Virus record (IMG/VR): IMGVR_UViG_3300028591_002825
Span: 321 to 64,320 of that record
Origin: a virus
Taxonomy: Duplodnaviria > Caudoviricetes
Length of the DNA stretch: 64,000 bases
Strand: one strand, 5' to 3'
The position numbers and the translations under genes were made by a program. Positions 28,155 through 36,565 of the stretch are shown here, piece by piece (position 1 is the stretch's first letter; every line of letters starts with the position of its first letter). The notes under the pieces were generated by a model that searched no databases, was not told where the DNA came from, and worked only from the letters and a program-made list of their open reading frames with translations.

Positions 28155-28676
28155 TCATTCAACAAGTTCTGTGATTTTATCCACAGCGACATCATAATCA
28201 AATGCACCAACAGTAGTAAAGGCGATAATCACGTTATCCTTACAAGGAGTAACAACACCGATGTACTCATCTCCTTTACGCAGTTCGTAGGAACGATAAC
28301 CGATTTCCTCAACAGTAATATCAGGATAAATCTCGGTAAAATCCTTGAGAGCTTCAATAAGTTCACGCTCTTCCTCACTCATAGGATTCTCGGGAATGTC
28401 ATCATCCTGCTCAACTTCCTGTTTAGTATCAGTAAACTCTTCCTCTGCTTCCTGCTCCACACTTTCAACAATCGGCTCTTCATCAAGACCAAAATACTTA
28501 ATCATTCGGTCGATAACTGCCTGTTTGCTCTCTTTGAGAGAAGTCTTTGAACCATTGTATTTGATACCGTTCGGAATCAAATACTTCTCAATAAGGTCTC
28601 TTGCCCGCAGATTTTTAACTGCATCGAAGAGCTGTTCCTTTGTCATTTCCTTACCATTAATAATTGCTGTTTTCAT
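28155..28676 (-). CDS. Early acidic hypothetical protein
   Basis: 173 aa, strongly acidic centre, AAAGGAG RBS. Confidence 0.65.
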   Translation of the reverse strand: MKTAIINGKEMTKEQLFDAVKNLRARDLIEKYLIPNGIKYNGSKTSLKESKQAVIDRMIKYFGLDEEPIVESVEQEAEEEFTDTKQEVEQDDDIPENPMSEEERELIEALKDFTEIYPDITVEEIGYRSYELRKGDEYIGVVTPCKDNVIIAFTTVGAFDYDVAVDKITELVE

Positions 28677-28729
28677 AAATTCTCCTTTCTTTCATTAGTG
28701 CTAATGCACTTCTTTCTGTTTCTACTAAC

Positions 28730-28758
28730 ATTGTATCACACCTTTAATTGTTTGTCAA
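28730..28758 (-). promoter_or_regulatory. Early sigma-A promoter
   Basis: TTGACA-17bp-TACAAT. Confidence 0.75.
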
Positions 28759-28848
28759 CACATTTTTGAAAATTTTTTCAAAAGCCACATCCACAAAATT
28801 AACTTTGTAGATGTGGCTGTTTATGACCATGTACGATAGCGCATGTGG

Positions 28849-29094
28849 TTAACTATTTAACTCGGCTTTTACTTCATCAGCTATTCTCATTACCTTTTTA
28901 GCTACACACGTAGTAGCCTCTACACTTGACTTACCAAGTACCCAATGTAATGTTTTCATTTCACCCCATACATCAGAATATACCTTCGCAAACATTTCCT
29001 CACTATCCTGCTTTCTATAATATCTGGTGATAGCAATTTTCATTACCTCTTCCATCTCGTAGATTCTATCCATAACCTCTCGCTCAGTTCTCAT
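28849..29094 (-). CDS. Early hypothetical protein
   Basis: 81 aa, GAGGAG RBS. Confidence 0.6.
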   Translation of the reverse strand: MRTEREVMDRIYEMEEVMKIAITRYYRKQDSEEMFAKVYSDVWGEMKTLHWVLGKSSVEATTCVAKKVMRIADEVKAELNS

Positions 29095-29561
29095 AATTTT
29101 ATCTCCTCATCTGTATAAAACTCTCCACCATTTCGAGTGTCACCCATAAATGGTGTATCACCACAATGACCTCTCTGAAACTGCTTACAGTAGTTATCGC
29201 TATAAGGACACTCACAACACAGATGTACTTCACCCCAATGGCTATTACAGTAATCAATCAACTTCCGATTGGTCATTGGTGCACTATTATCTTCATGCTT
29301 CTCCTCTTCACACTCTTCCTCAAGCTGAGATGCGCCGAGCATTTTCAGGTCGATGTACATGTAGTCGGTATATTCAATCTGAAATACATAGCCGTCACAG
29401 TCATATGTGTCGATGTGCCACAGCTTATCACAATCATCTCCCGGTTTGCTATAAGAAACGGATGCGATTAAATCACCGTTCTTTGTAATTTCATCAATGA
29501 TGTTCTCCATCTCTGTCTCAGTCTGCGCTCTCCATTTACGAAAACGAGTAATAGTATCCAT
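29091..29561 (-). CDS. Early hypothetical protein with Cys cluster
   Basis: 156 aa, C..CPY..C motif near C-terminus. Confidence 0.6.
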   Translation of the reverse strand: MDTITRFRKWRAQTETEMENIIDEITKNGDLIASVSYSKPGDDCDKLWHIDTYDCDGYVFQIEYTDYMYIDLKMLGASQLEEECEEEKHEDNSAPMTNRKLIDYCNSHWGEVHLCCECPYSDNYCKQFQRGHCGDTPFMGDTRNGGEFYTDEEIKL

Positions 29562-29574
29562 TTAATTTCTCCTT

Positions 29575-29745
29575 TCAGTTATGCTCATCCAAATTGTCTT
29601 TAGAAAATCTCATATAACCGTATCTGTCATTAAACATTAATGCCACAAAATCATTCTCCCATTCAATGAGGGTAAAACATGACATTCTATTTCTACCTGC
29701 CGCAGGATTCTTTACCCAATACTTCTCACCGATTTTATATGTCAT
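29575..29745 (-). CDS. Early hypothetical protein
   Basis: MTYKIGEKYWV start after AAAGGAG. Confidence 0.55.
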   Translation of the reverse strand: MTYKIGEKYWVKNPAAGRNRMSCFTLIEWENDFVALMFNDRYGYMRFSKDNLDEHN

Positions 29746-29806
29746 TTCTTCTCCTTTCTGCTGACTGCCATTTCTGACAGTCAGCAATCGAGTTTGTAGA
29801 TGTGGC

Positions 29807-30043
29807 TCACTTTACCCTATCATAGTATCCATACTTGTTTAACTTCTCATACAGATTATCTGCGGCTTCTCGCATTTCCTCTGCACAAGCATAGTGGCCA
29901 TGCTCCTCATTATATTTTGCCGCTTCACTACAACAAATGGATAACCAATTCATAGTATCCATTGTATTTGTTTTAGTGAATCTTCCTTCTTCACAGGCTT
30001 TCGCCCTAATTTCTACAATATTTCCTTTCAATACTACTCTCAT
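29807..30043 (-). CDS. Early hypothetical protein, paralog of 32168..32422
   Basis: Shared VEIRAK...RF.K..T...HGY/HY..CA...DN pattern. Confidence 0.6.
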   Translation of the reverse strand: MRVVLKGNIVEIRAKACEEGRFTKTNTMDTMNWLSICCSEAAKYNEEHGHYACAEEMREAADNLYEKLNKYGYYDRVK

Positions 30044-30057
30044 CCTTTTCTCCTTTC

Positions 30058-30354
30058 TTACTCATCGACCTCAAATGCAAAATCTTTACTGGGAGTAATA
30101 ATGCACAACGCAACTGCTCCTGTCTCAGGATTATCGAACTCAAATCCCGCAGTGAACATGTAGGTATTGTGGGAAAGAACTTTCAGACCTCTACCATCAT
30201 ACTCTCTGCACTTATCTTCGCAATATCTCCAAGCATTAGCTTTTGCACTGCTATAAGTGCCATATGCATGTTCAAGACAAGTATCAGAACTACTATTGTA
30301 CATATCCTGATAACGATGCTCCTCTTTGTTCAGCTTTGTGGTCTTGATTTTCAT
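30058..30354 (-). CDS. Early hypothetical protein
   Basis: MKIKTTK start after AAAGGAG. Confidence 0.6.
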   Translation of the reverse strand: MKIKTTKLNKEEHRYQDMYNSSSDTCLEHAYGTYSSAKANAWRYCEDKCREYDGRGLKVLSHNTYMFTAGFEFDNPETGAVALCIITPSKDFAFEVDE

Positions 30355-30401
30355 TCTAATCTCCTTTCTTGCGCTGTGCGCTTCTTTTTCTATCTGATTA
30401 T

Positions 30402-30431
30402 ATTGTATCACGTCCTTGCTACTTTTGTCAA
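30402..30431 (-). promoter_or_regulatory. Early sigma-A promoter
   Basis: TTGACA-18bp-TACAAT. Confidence 0.75.
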
Positions 30432-30450
30432 GTATTTTGTGATAAATATT

Positions 30451-30789
30451 TTATTCCTCCCAATACGTTTCAATATCAATGTCAATATCATCACCAAACT
30501 TAGAGCACCACTTCGTCATTTGGTCAGTAAGAACTTCATCATAAAGTGCTTCGCCATCATCTTCTGCGAAATACTCTCCTTCGAAATCAGCTACTTCCTG
30601 CATTTCATCATCAATGAGAGCATATACCTTACCCTCGACATGATACATTTTACCCTCTGTAAAATCTTCTTCACAGCAGGGAGAAACTGCAATCTTTTCA
30701 TAGCATGGCACTCCCCAATATTCTCCTCTGCTTTCAGCAATCATCTTAGGCTCTTCAAACAACTTACCACAGCAATCACACTTATACAT
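30451..30789 (-). CDS. Early zinc-ribbon-containing protein
   Basis: MYKCDCCGKLFEEP...SPCC. Confidence 0.6.
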   Translation of the reverse strand: MYKCDCCGKLFEEPKMIAESRGEYWGVPCYEKIAVSPCCEEDFTEGKMYHVEGKVYALIDDEMQEVADFEGEYFAEDDGEALYDEVLTDQMTKWCSKFGDDIDIDIETYWEE

Positions 30790-30847
30790 AATGTCTCCTT
30801 TCTAATCTGAATCTTGCACCTTCGTGCTTCTTTCTCTTTCTGATTAT

Positions 30848-30877
30848 ATTATACTACACCTTTATCTATTTTGTCAA
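30848..30877 (-). promoter_or_regulatory. Early sigma-A promoter
   Basis: TTGACA-18bp-TATAAT. Confidence 0.75.
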
Positions 30878-30941
30878 CACATATTTGCTAATTTTTTCAA
30901 AAAAATTGTGGGTAGAAAATTTCTTCCCTACCCACAAACTA

Positions 30942-31340
30942 TCAATAATCTTCTTCCTCAGCATCGGACTGAGCCTTAATATTATAATCATTCAGAGTAC
31001 CATAATTCTTAAATATGCCGCCAGGACCAGAAGAACTAACAAGATTTATAGGAGAGTCAGAATCATAATCCTCAAGGAATCTAATTAACTCACCAACAGT
31101 CATTGTATGTCTACTCTGCGGCTCAATAGAATCATTTCCGACTTCAAAGAACACAAATTCTGGTCCGAGGTCTTTTGCATTGAGGTCATCAATATTATCT
31201 TTACCAACCTCTTTATTCATAATATCTGCCGCATTGTCCATAGCCTCCCACGGAGTTTCAGCAAAAACTTCTACCTCAAACTTATCATCACCCCAATTCG
31301 GGTCAAGAACTGTACCAGTAACTCTATACTTACGCATCAT
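30942..31340 (-). CDS. Early hypothetical protein
   Basis: MMRKYRVTG start after GGAGG. Confidence 0.6.
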   Translation of the reverse strand: MMRKYRVTGTVLDPNWGDDKFEVEVFAETPWEAMDNAADIMNKEVGKDNIDDLNAKDLGPEFVFFEVGNDSIEPQSRHTMTVGELIRFLEDYDSDSPINLVSSSGPGGIFKNYGTLNDYNIKAQSDAEEEDY

Positions 31341-31480
31341 TCTTCCTCCAACTTCCAATCACACGGACAATTCGCAAAAATACATGTAGCAGGTGTTTCC
31401 AACACGGTTAGCTTTTTTGTCGAGTATATACAACCTTTACACTTATAGTGCCGATTTGTACAAAGTTTCTTTATATCCAT
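31337..31480 (-). CDS. Small Cys-rich hypothetical protein
   Basis: CKGCIY...CIFANCPCDW. Confidence 0.45.
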   Translation of the reverse strand: MDIKKLCTNRHYKCKGCIYSTKKLTVLETPATCIFANCPCDWKLEEE

Positions 31481-31521
31481 AAGGATTTCTTTATTTGATG
31501 TAAGAATCGGTGTAAACAGCA

Positions 31522-31689
31522 TTAGTATTCCTCCTTATACTGGTCAAAGTCTCTATATCCTGTAACTGCATACAGAATGTCACACATGGTTTCTTCACTA
31601 TAACCATTAATATCAGTCACGACTTGGAGAGTCTGCTCAGAAACAAGGACAACATCTTTAAGATAACCCCACATCTGCTCTTTATTCAT
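31522..31689 (-). CDS. Early hypothetical protein
   Basis: MNKEQMW start after GGAGG. Confidence 0.55.
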   Translation of the reverse strand: MNKEQMWGYLKDVVLVSEQTLQVVTDINGYSEETMCDILYAVTGYRDFDQYKEEY

Positions 31690-31690
31690 A

Positions 31691-31852
31691 TTACACCTCC
31701 TCAACAATCTTGATTATCAGCTCCGCAAAGTGCTTAAAGTGCACCACAGTTAAAGCTCCTGCAACTACTGGAATTTCTTCTAATCCCGACAAAGTAAACA
31801 AAATAAAAATTACCAACGCTATAACAATACCGACTTTCTTTTTCTTTTTCAT
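31691..31852 (-). CDS. Small membrane protein
   Basis: MKKKKKVGIVIALVIFILFTL: basic N-terminus plus hydrophobic helix. Confidence 0.55.
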   Translation of the reverse strand: MKKKKKVGIVIALVIFILFTLSGLEEIPVVAGALTVVHFKHFAELIIKIVEEV

Positions 31853-31895
31853 TAGTCCCTTTCTGCCCGTCAAGCCGATAGCACAGCTTTGTAGA

Positions 31896-32171
31896 TTACT
31901 TACTGACTACACCATTGCAGTACAGACCACCATTAGTTTTAGCACGACTCATAATAGTGAGGAACAACCGCATCAATTCGGCAAAATCATCATCGTCCTC
32001 AGCATAATACTGAGCTGTAGGGTTGCCACCAGCAAAATCGCCGTATTCAATGTCGCCATCAGCGACACCAGCACTAAGCCATGTCATAAAATGGTTCTCA
32101 TTATTGAGCTGTCGACAGATGTACTCCATTGCCTCGACCATCTTCGCTCTCTCTTCCATATTCTTTTTCAT
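31896..32171 (-). CDS. Early hypothetical protein
   Basis: 91 aa, GGAG RBS. Confidence 0.6.
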   Translation of the reverse strand: MKKNMEERAKMVEAMEYICRQLNNENHFMTWLSAGVADGDIEYGDFAGGNPTAQYYAEDDDDFAELMRLFLTIMSRAKTNGGLYCNGVVSK

Positions 32172-32422
32172 TCTATTTCTCCTTTCTTATTTTTGGTAGG
32201 ATTATAATTGTTCTCTTCAAGAAGAGCATGGATATTATCAATGCTCCTCTGAGTTACACCTGCACAGCCATCATATCCATGCGCCTTATAATAATCTTTG
32301 GCATTTATCAGCTCAACACAGAGATGGCACAGAAAACTCAAAGTGTCCTGCTTATTGAAGCGGGAACTGTCATAATCCTTAGCTCTGATTTCCACTTCGT
32401 AAGTATCAATTTTTACCTTCAT
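32168..32422 (-). CDS. Early hypothetical protein, paralog of 29807..30043
   Basis: 84 aa, shared motif pattern. Confidence 0.6.
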   Translation of the reverse strand: MKVKIDTYEVEIRAKDYDSSRFNKQDTLSFLCHLCVELINAKDYYKAHGYDGCAGVTQRSIDNIHALLEENNYNPTKNKKGEIE

Positions 32423-32482
32423 CTTAATCTCCTTTCTAAATCTGCTATCTAAGCCTTTAGCTCTTCTCTTTATCTGTCTTTA

Positions 32483-32512
32483 TTATAGCACACCATTGAT
32501 AATTTTGTCAAG
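32483..32512 (-). promoter_or_regulatory. Early sigma-A promoter
   Basis: TTGACA-18bp-TATAAT. Confidence 0.8.
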
Positions 32513-32561
32513 TCTGACTATTCACTAAAAATCAGCAAATAGTCAGACAATTCAAATCTCC

Positions 32562-32867
32562 TTACCACGGTAAATCATCTTCTGTCCACATCTCATAGTT
32601 ATTAGGAATAGACTCTTCTGCCTTACGCTCCTCTTCCATTCTGCTGTAATACAAGTCCCAAGTCTCCTGCATAATATCAGAGGCGATTTCAAATGCTAAC
32701 TTTGCAGTTATTTCGGGGAAATGTTCGTGAATATACTCCACCGCATAGTAAAATGCTGTCTGTCCATCAAGATTCTCATTGACGAGATGTTTATCCCAAA
32801 TAAACTCATGTACAGGACCAAAAAATTCTTTTTCCTCAATTTCTGTATATTCGTGAAATCTTGCCAT
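32562..32867 (-). CDS. Early acidic hypothetical protein
   Basis: 101 aa, AAAGGAG RBS. Confidence 0.6.
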   Translation of the reverse strand: MARFHEYTEIEEKEFFGPVHEFIWDKHLVNENLDGQTAFYYAVEYIHEHFPEITAKLAFEIASDIMQETWDLYYSRMEEERKAEESIPNNYEMWTEDDLPW

Positions 32868-32922
32868 TTTATATTCTCCTTTCTTTATTAACGCCCGTAT
32901 ACCCGATAGCGCAGGTTTTATA

Positions 32923-33198
32923 TCACGCTCTAAGAATCACGTTGCCACGACCCGTATCACTAAAGTAGAATCTGATGCCTTCTTTTCTGATAAATGCACG
33001 ACCGTTTTCAGAAAGCTGAATCTTATGCCTTCTAATCTTCTGACGCCCTGTGCCGAAGTTAAAACACGCTACAGCAACTCCATACTCACCTTCGCAGGCG
33101 TCAATATCGAGCAGTTCAAGCCCTCCGTACTGACCCATAGGACAAACACCACATGCCTGCTTGTTTGCGTATCTCTTGTAAAGTGGAATGTTTTTCAT
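32923..33198 (-). CDS. Early hypothetical protein
   Basis: 91 aa, AAAGGAG RBS. Confidence 0.6.
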   Translation of the reverse strand: MKNIPLYKRYANKQACGVCPMGQYGGLELLDIDACEGEYGVAVACFNFGTGRQKIRRHKIQLSENGRAFIRKEGIRFYFSDTGRGNVILRA

Positions 33199-33301
33199 AG
33201 GAATCTCCTTTCTTAATCTGCTCTCCTGTCGGTTGGCATCGTGAGCTTATCTTCAACACCAGCGACATTACAAGCTGTTCGCTTTTCTTTTCTATGATTT
33301 C

Positions 33302-33331
33302 ATTATACTACATCCTTGAACATGCTGTCAA
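33302..33331 (-). promoter_or_regulatory. Early sigma-A promoter
   Basis: TTGACA-18bp-TATAAT. Confidence 0.8.
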
Positions 33332-33400
33332 GCAAAACTTGAAAATTTTTTCAAAAAAATTAGCACCCAGAAGATGTGCAGTCCTCTGGGCGCTATATCA

Positions 33401-33787
33401 TTATTTCTTGTTCCAACGCTTATCTCTCTTGGCAAGCTCTTCCTCAGTCATCTTGACTACTTGTGTATCCGTGAAGAAGTTGGACATTTTCATGTAACAA
33501 TATCCTCTACCAGATTTCTGAACTTCTTCACCATCTTCTTCTTTAGGCTTTCGATTTGTATATTTCCAAATCGAGAATCTTGCGATAGGATGCTGACCTT
33601 TTATAATCTTGTACCCCAGTTTATTCCACGCCGCTACCGTATTAAGTGGTTGAATCTCGTCAATTTCGCACTCTTCACCAGTCAACGTGTTAATACCTTT
33701 CAGCTTGCGTCCTGTGTAATGCAGGACGCCTTCTTCGAGAAGTCTGAGCTGTTCTGCCGTAATGATTTCGATATTTGTTACTGCCAT
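33401..33787 (-). CDS. ArdC N-terminal-like ssDNA-binding protein
   Basis: T..AWNKLGYKIIKGQH.I..FSIWK...FF..TQV matches the ArdC_N pattern. Confidence 0.55.
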   Translation of the reverse strand: MAVTNIEIITAEQLRLLEEGVLHYTGRKLKGINTLTGEECEIDEIQPLNTVAAWNKLGYKIIKGQHPIARFSIWKYTNRKPKEEDGEEVQKSGRGYCYMKMSNFFTDTQVVKMTEEELAKRDKRWNKK

Positions 33788-33801
33788 TTCTTTATCTCCT
33801 T

Positions 33802-33993
33802 TCAATCATTGTAAAATGCAAGTTTAGCATTATCCTCATATCTCTGAACAATACCATCAATCACTGCACGACTGTTATTGCCAAGATACTCTAACGCCTC
33901 TTTGCGAGAAAAACCGAAGTACCAAACAATAGCTTCGATTGCTTTCTCCACATTTGCACGACTCTCTTTTCTGGACACCTTAATTGCACTCAT
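33802..33993 (-). CDS. Early hypothetical protein
   Basis: 63 aa, AAAGGAG RBS. Confidence 0.6.
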   Translation of the reverse strand: MSAIKVSRKESRANVEKAIEAIVWYFGFSRKEALEYLGNNSRAVIDGIVQRYEDNAKLAFYND

Positions 33994-34052
33994 TTTAGTT
34001 CTCCTTTCTAAATCTGAACTCTGCGCCTTGCGCTTCTCTCTTATCTGTCTTT

Positions 34053-34082
34053 ATTGTATCACGCCTTTGCTAATTCTGTCAA
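34053..34082 (-). promoter_or_regulatory. Early sigma-A promoter
   Basis: TTGACA-18bp-TACAAT. Confidence 0.75.
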
Positions 34083-34184
34083 GTCTGAAAATTTAAAAAA
34101 TTGTCAGACAATTTGACTTGCCTGACAATTTTCTCCATAACATTATTTATTGTCGATAACATCCGCAATGTTACTATACACCTT

Positions 34185-34367
34185 TTATGTTACTGTATTT
34201 GTGGATGTTGGACGCTTATCCAAAATGTCTGCGAATAACCGCTTAGTGCCAGCTTGCATCTTCTTATAACACACTGCTCCGTATCCCAACTTTCTGGCAT
34301 TTGGATTCTTCAACTTTCGCCCACATCTAAGACATGTATCATGTTCCTTTTGCTCTGTATTCATCAC
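34185..34367 (-). CDS. Small zinc-finger protein (DUF6011-like)
   Basis: CLRCGRKLKNP..RKLGYGAVC. Confidence 0.6.
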   Translation of the reverse strand: MMNTEQKEHDTCLRCGRKLKNPNARKLGYGAVCYKKMQAGTKRLFADILDKRPTSTNTVT

Positions 34368-34518
34368 ACTTCTCCTTTAACCGATAATAGATATTCTCAA
34401 TATCTGACACCGCAATGTCATATGTATCCAATACACTTTTTACGGAATGTTTCATCACTATAATATCCCAAATGGCATGGACTGTATTTGCCTCTCTTGC
34501 TTCTGATTTATTCATATT

Positions 34519-34734
34519 TTACACCATCCCCGCACTCAACTTATAAGCCATTACCGAACCATCACCAAGTTTTACATGTATAATTGATGGCCCACGAAAC
34601 CCACCAGGAGCAAAAAGCTCACGGTCAATGCTATCCACATGGAGATGCACATGTTCACATTCAAGCGCCAACTGCTTACTATCATATAACGCACCACAAA
34701 GTTCGCATTGATATTTCTTTATTTCTTTTGGCAT
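34519..34734 (-). CDS. Small zinc-binding hypothetical protein
   Basis: YQCELCGALY....ALECE.VH. Confidence 0.6.
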   Translation of the reverse strand: MPKEIKKYQCELCGALYDSKQLALECEHVHLHVDSIDRELFAPGGFRGPSIIHVKLGDGSVMAYKLSAGMV

Positions 34735-34772
34735 ATTTTCTCCTTTTAATTAACTTTGTAGATAAGGTTTGA

Positions 34773-35708
34773 CTACAACACGCTCACGAGCAAATACGGC
34801 ATTGCTATTTCATCTTCAATTTGCCCTGTTTTTATCCCGCTCTCAACTTTCTGAATCATCTGCATCATATGAATTAATTCCTTATCGGAATATTTTCTGA
34901 CATGCGGCTTTGCGTTCTTTATCTGCCATCCAGTTAATCCTGTAGCTTTACTAAGATTATCGCCTTTATAGCTCTGTACTTGTAATACGGCTTTCGCATT
35001 ATTGTAGAGAACTGACAACATTACCATTGTTGCTTCGCCAACTGCATAAGATTGTTGAAGTAAATCAAAGGCTTTATTTACTTTTCTGTCAAGAATTGCG
35101 GCAACTAAATCAAAGATAGCATCATATGGCGGTTGATATATTGTCCCATCTTTTAATAAATGCTCAACAACCTCATCGTCAGTACAATCATACTGAACAC
35201 GGCACATCTGTCTTATCTTATCAATCTCCAACAAGCATCTACCATAATCATGTTCACAAACTTCAATCAATCTCTGGCAATTTTCATCTGACAGATTAAT
35301 TTCCCGTTTAATGTACTTTTTCAAAGCAGAATCAGACAGCGGCTCAAAGTCTACGATTCTATCTTGATTCTCCTTATAATACTTCTTTCGCTTGTCTGTT
35401 GTCGTGAGCATATGTATAAGAAAATTGTCTTTTAAGCTGTCTGTGATGCGCTGTGTCGTGATTTTATCACTTGACTGTATTTCTGTATCATCTCGTAATA
35501 AAAAGAGCTTAGAAGAGCTTGTGAGCGTTCGGGAACGTATCTTAGAATACACTTCACTATAGCTGTCAAGATATACAACTTCAATACCTAATACTTTTGC
35601 TATCTGTCGTATATATATCTGCTGAACTTTCCATTCTGGTCCAGTAAAAATCAGATAGTGAGGAATCTGTTTACTTTTTATTTTGGCTTTCAGTGTAGAA
35701 ACATCCAT
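34773..35708 (-). CDS. holA: Clamp-loader delta subunit-like (HolA)
   Basis: LI..CEHDYGRCLLEIDKI, IFDLV.AIL.R, IKTGQ motifs; co-located with HolB/DnaX-like genes. Confidence 0.7.
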   Translation of the reverse strand: MDVSTLKAKIKSKQIPHYLIFTGPEWKVQQIYIRQIAKVLGIEVVYLDSYSEVYSKIRSRTLTSSSKLFLLRDDTEIQSSDKITTQRITDSLKDNFLIHMLTTTDKRKKYYKENQDRIVDFEPLSDSALKKYIKREINLSDENCQRLIEVCEHDYGRCLLEIDKIRQMCRVQYDCTDDEVVEHLLKDGTIYQPPYDAIFDLVAAILDRKVNKAFDLLQQSYAVGEATMVMLSVLYNNAKAVLQVQSYKGDNLSKATGLTGWQIKNAKPHVRKYSDKELIHMMQMIQKVESGIKTGQIEDEIAMPYLLVSVL

Positions 35709-35779
35709 ATTTTCTCCTCACATTGTCCATAAAATATATATCCATACTGCTACAAAAATAACGGGAATCCAAAAATTTA

Positions 35780-36565
35780 TCATATTGTAATCAACCCCCT
35801 TAAAGAAAGAATCCATGTGTCAAGTAACATCTGCTTATTTATTGCTTTTATCCGCATCTTTGTCAAACATCTTGACGTATATTCTACCCATCTTGCATTG
35901 GCTTGATTTGTTATACAAAGGCTCATAAACATTCTGAGGAATAATCGTAAATCATATCCTTCATCACCATCTTTTAGTGCTAACTTGTCTGGAATCTTTA
36001 ATGCATTTGCTAATGAAACATCTGCCACATTATCTAACACAAGTTTGGTGTAGTCGTAGAAATCTTTTACGCCTTGCTTACAAAGAATATTTATATCTCC
36101 AGGTGTAGTGCAAACATCTGCAATAATTTTCAATTCTTCCTCATCTTTTATGCCAATCGCATCAGCATAATCTCTCAAATCTTTAGGAAAATACATATCC
36201 ATGTAGAAAATCTGGGCTCTGCTTCTGATTGTTCCGAGAGTATTTACTTCATCTTCCAGTGTCATAATAAAGTAATTATCATTCGGGCACTCTTCTACAA
36301 CTTTCAGTAATGCGTTCTTTGCGGCATTTGACATATCGTCTGCGTCAGGAATAATAAACGTCTTATGCGCTACTTTATATGCCATATCAATGATTTTTCT
36401 GATAGAATCTACCTTATTATCTTCAGGATAAATTCCTTCAAAATACTCTCTCAGAAATCTCTTTTTACCACTACCTTTCGAACCAACAAAGATGCTGAAT
36501 CGAGGAAAATTACCCTCATCGAGTAGTGTGTTGACATATTTCTTCAAATACTTCTGACCAATCAT
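35780..36565 (-). CDS. holB: Clamp-loader delta-prime-like (HolB)
   Basis: GSKGSGK degenerate P-loop, AKNALLKVVEE, TIRSRA. Confidence 0.7.
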   Translation of the reverse strand: MIGQKYLKKYVNTLLDEGNFPRFSIFVGSKGSGKKRFLREYFEGIYPEDNKVDSIRKIIDMAYKVAHKTFIIPDADDMSNAAKNALLKVVEECPNDNYFIMTLEDEVNTLGTIRSRAQIFYMDMYFPKDLRDYADAIGIKDEEELKIIADVCTTPGDINILCKQGVKDFYDYTKLVLDNVADVSLANALKIPDKLALKDGDEGYDLRLFLRMFMSLCITNQANARWVEYTSRCLTKMRIKAINKQMLLDTWILSLRGLITI

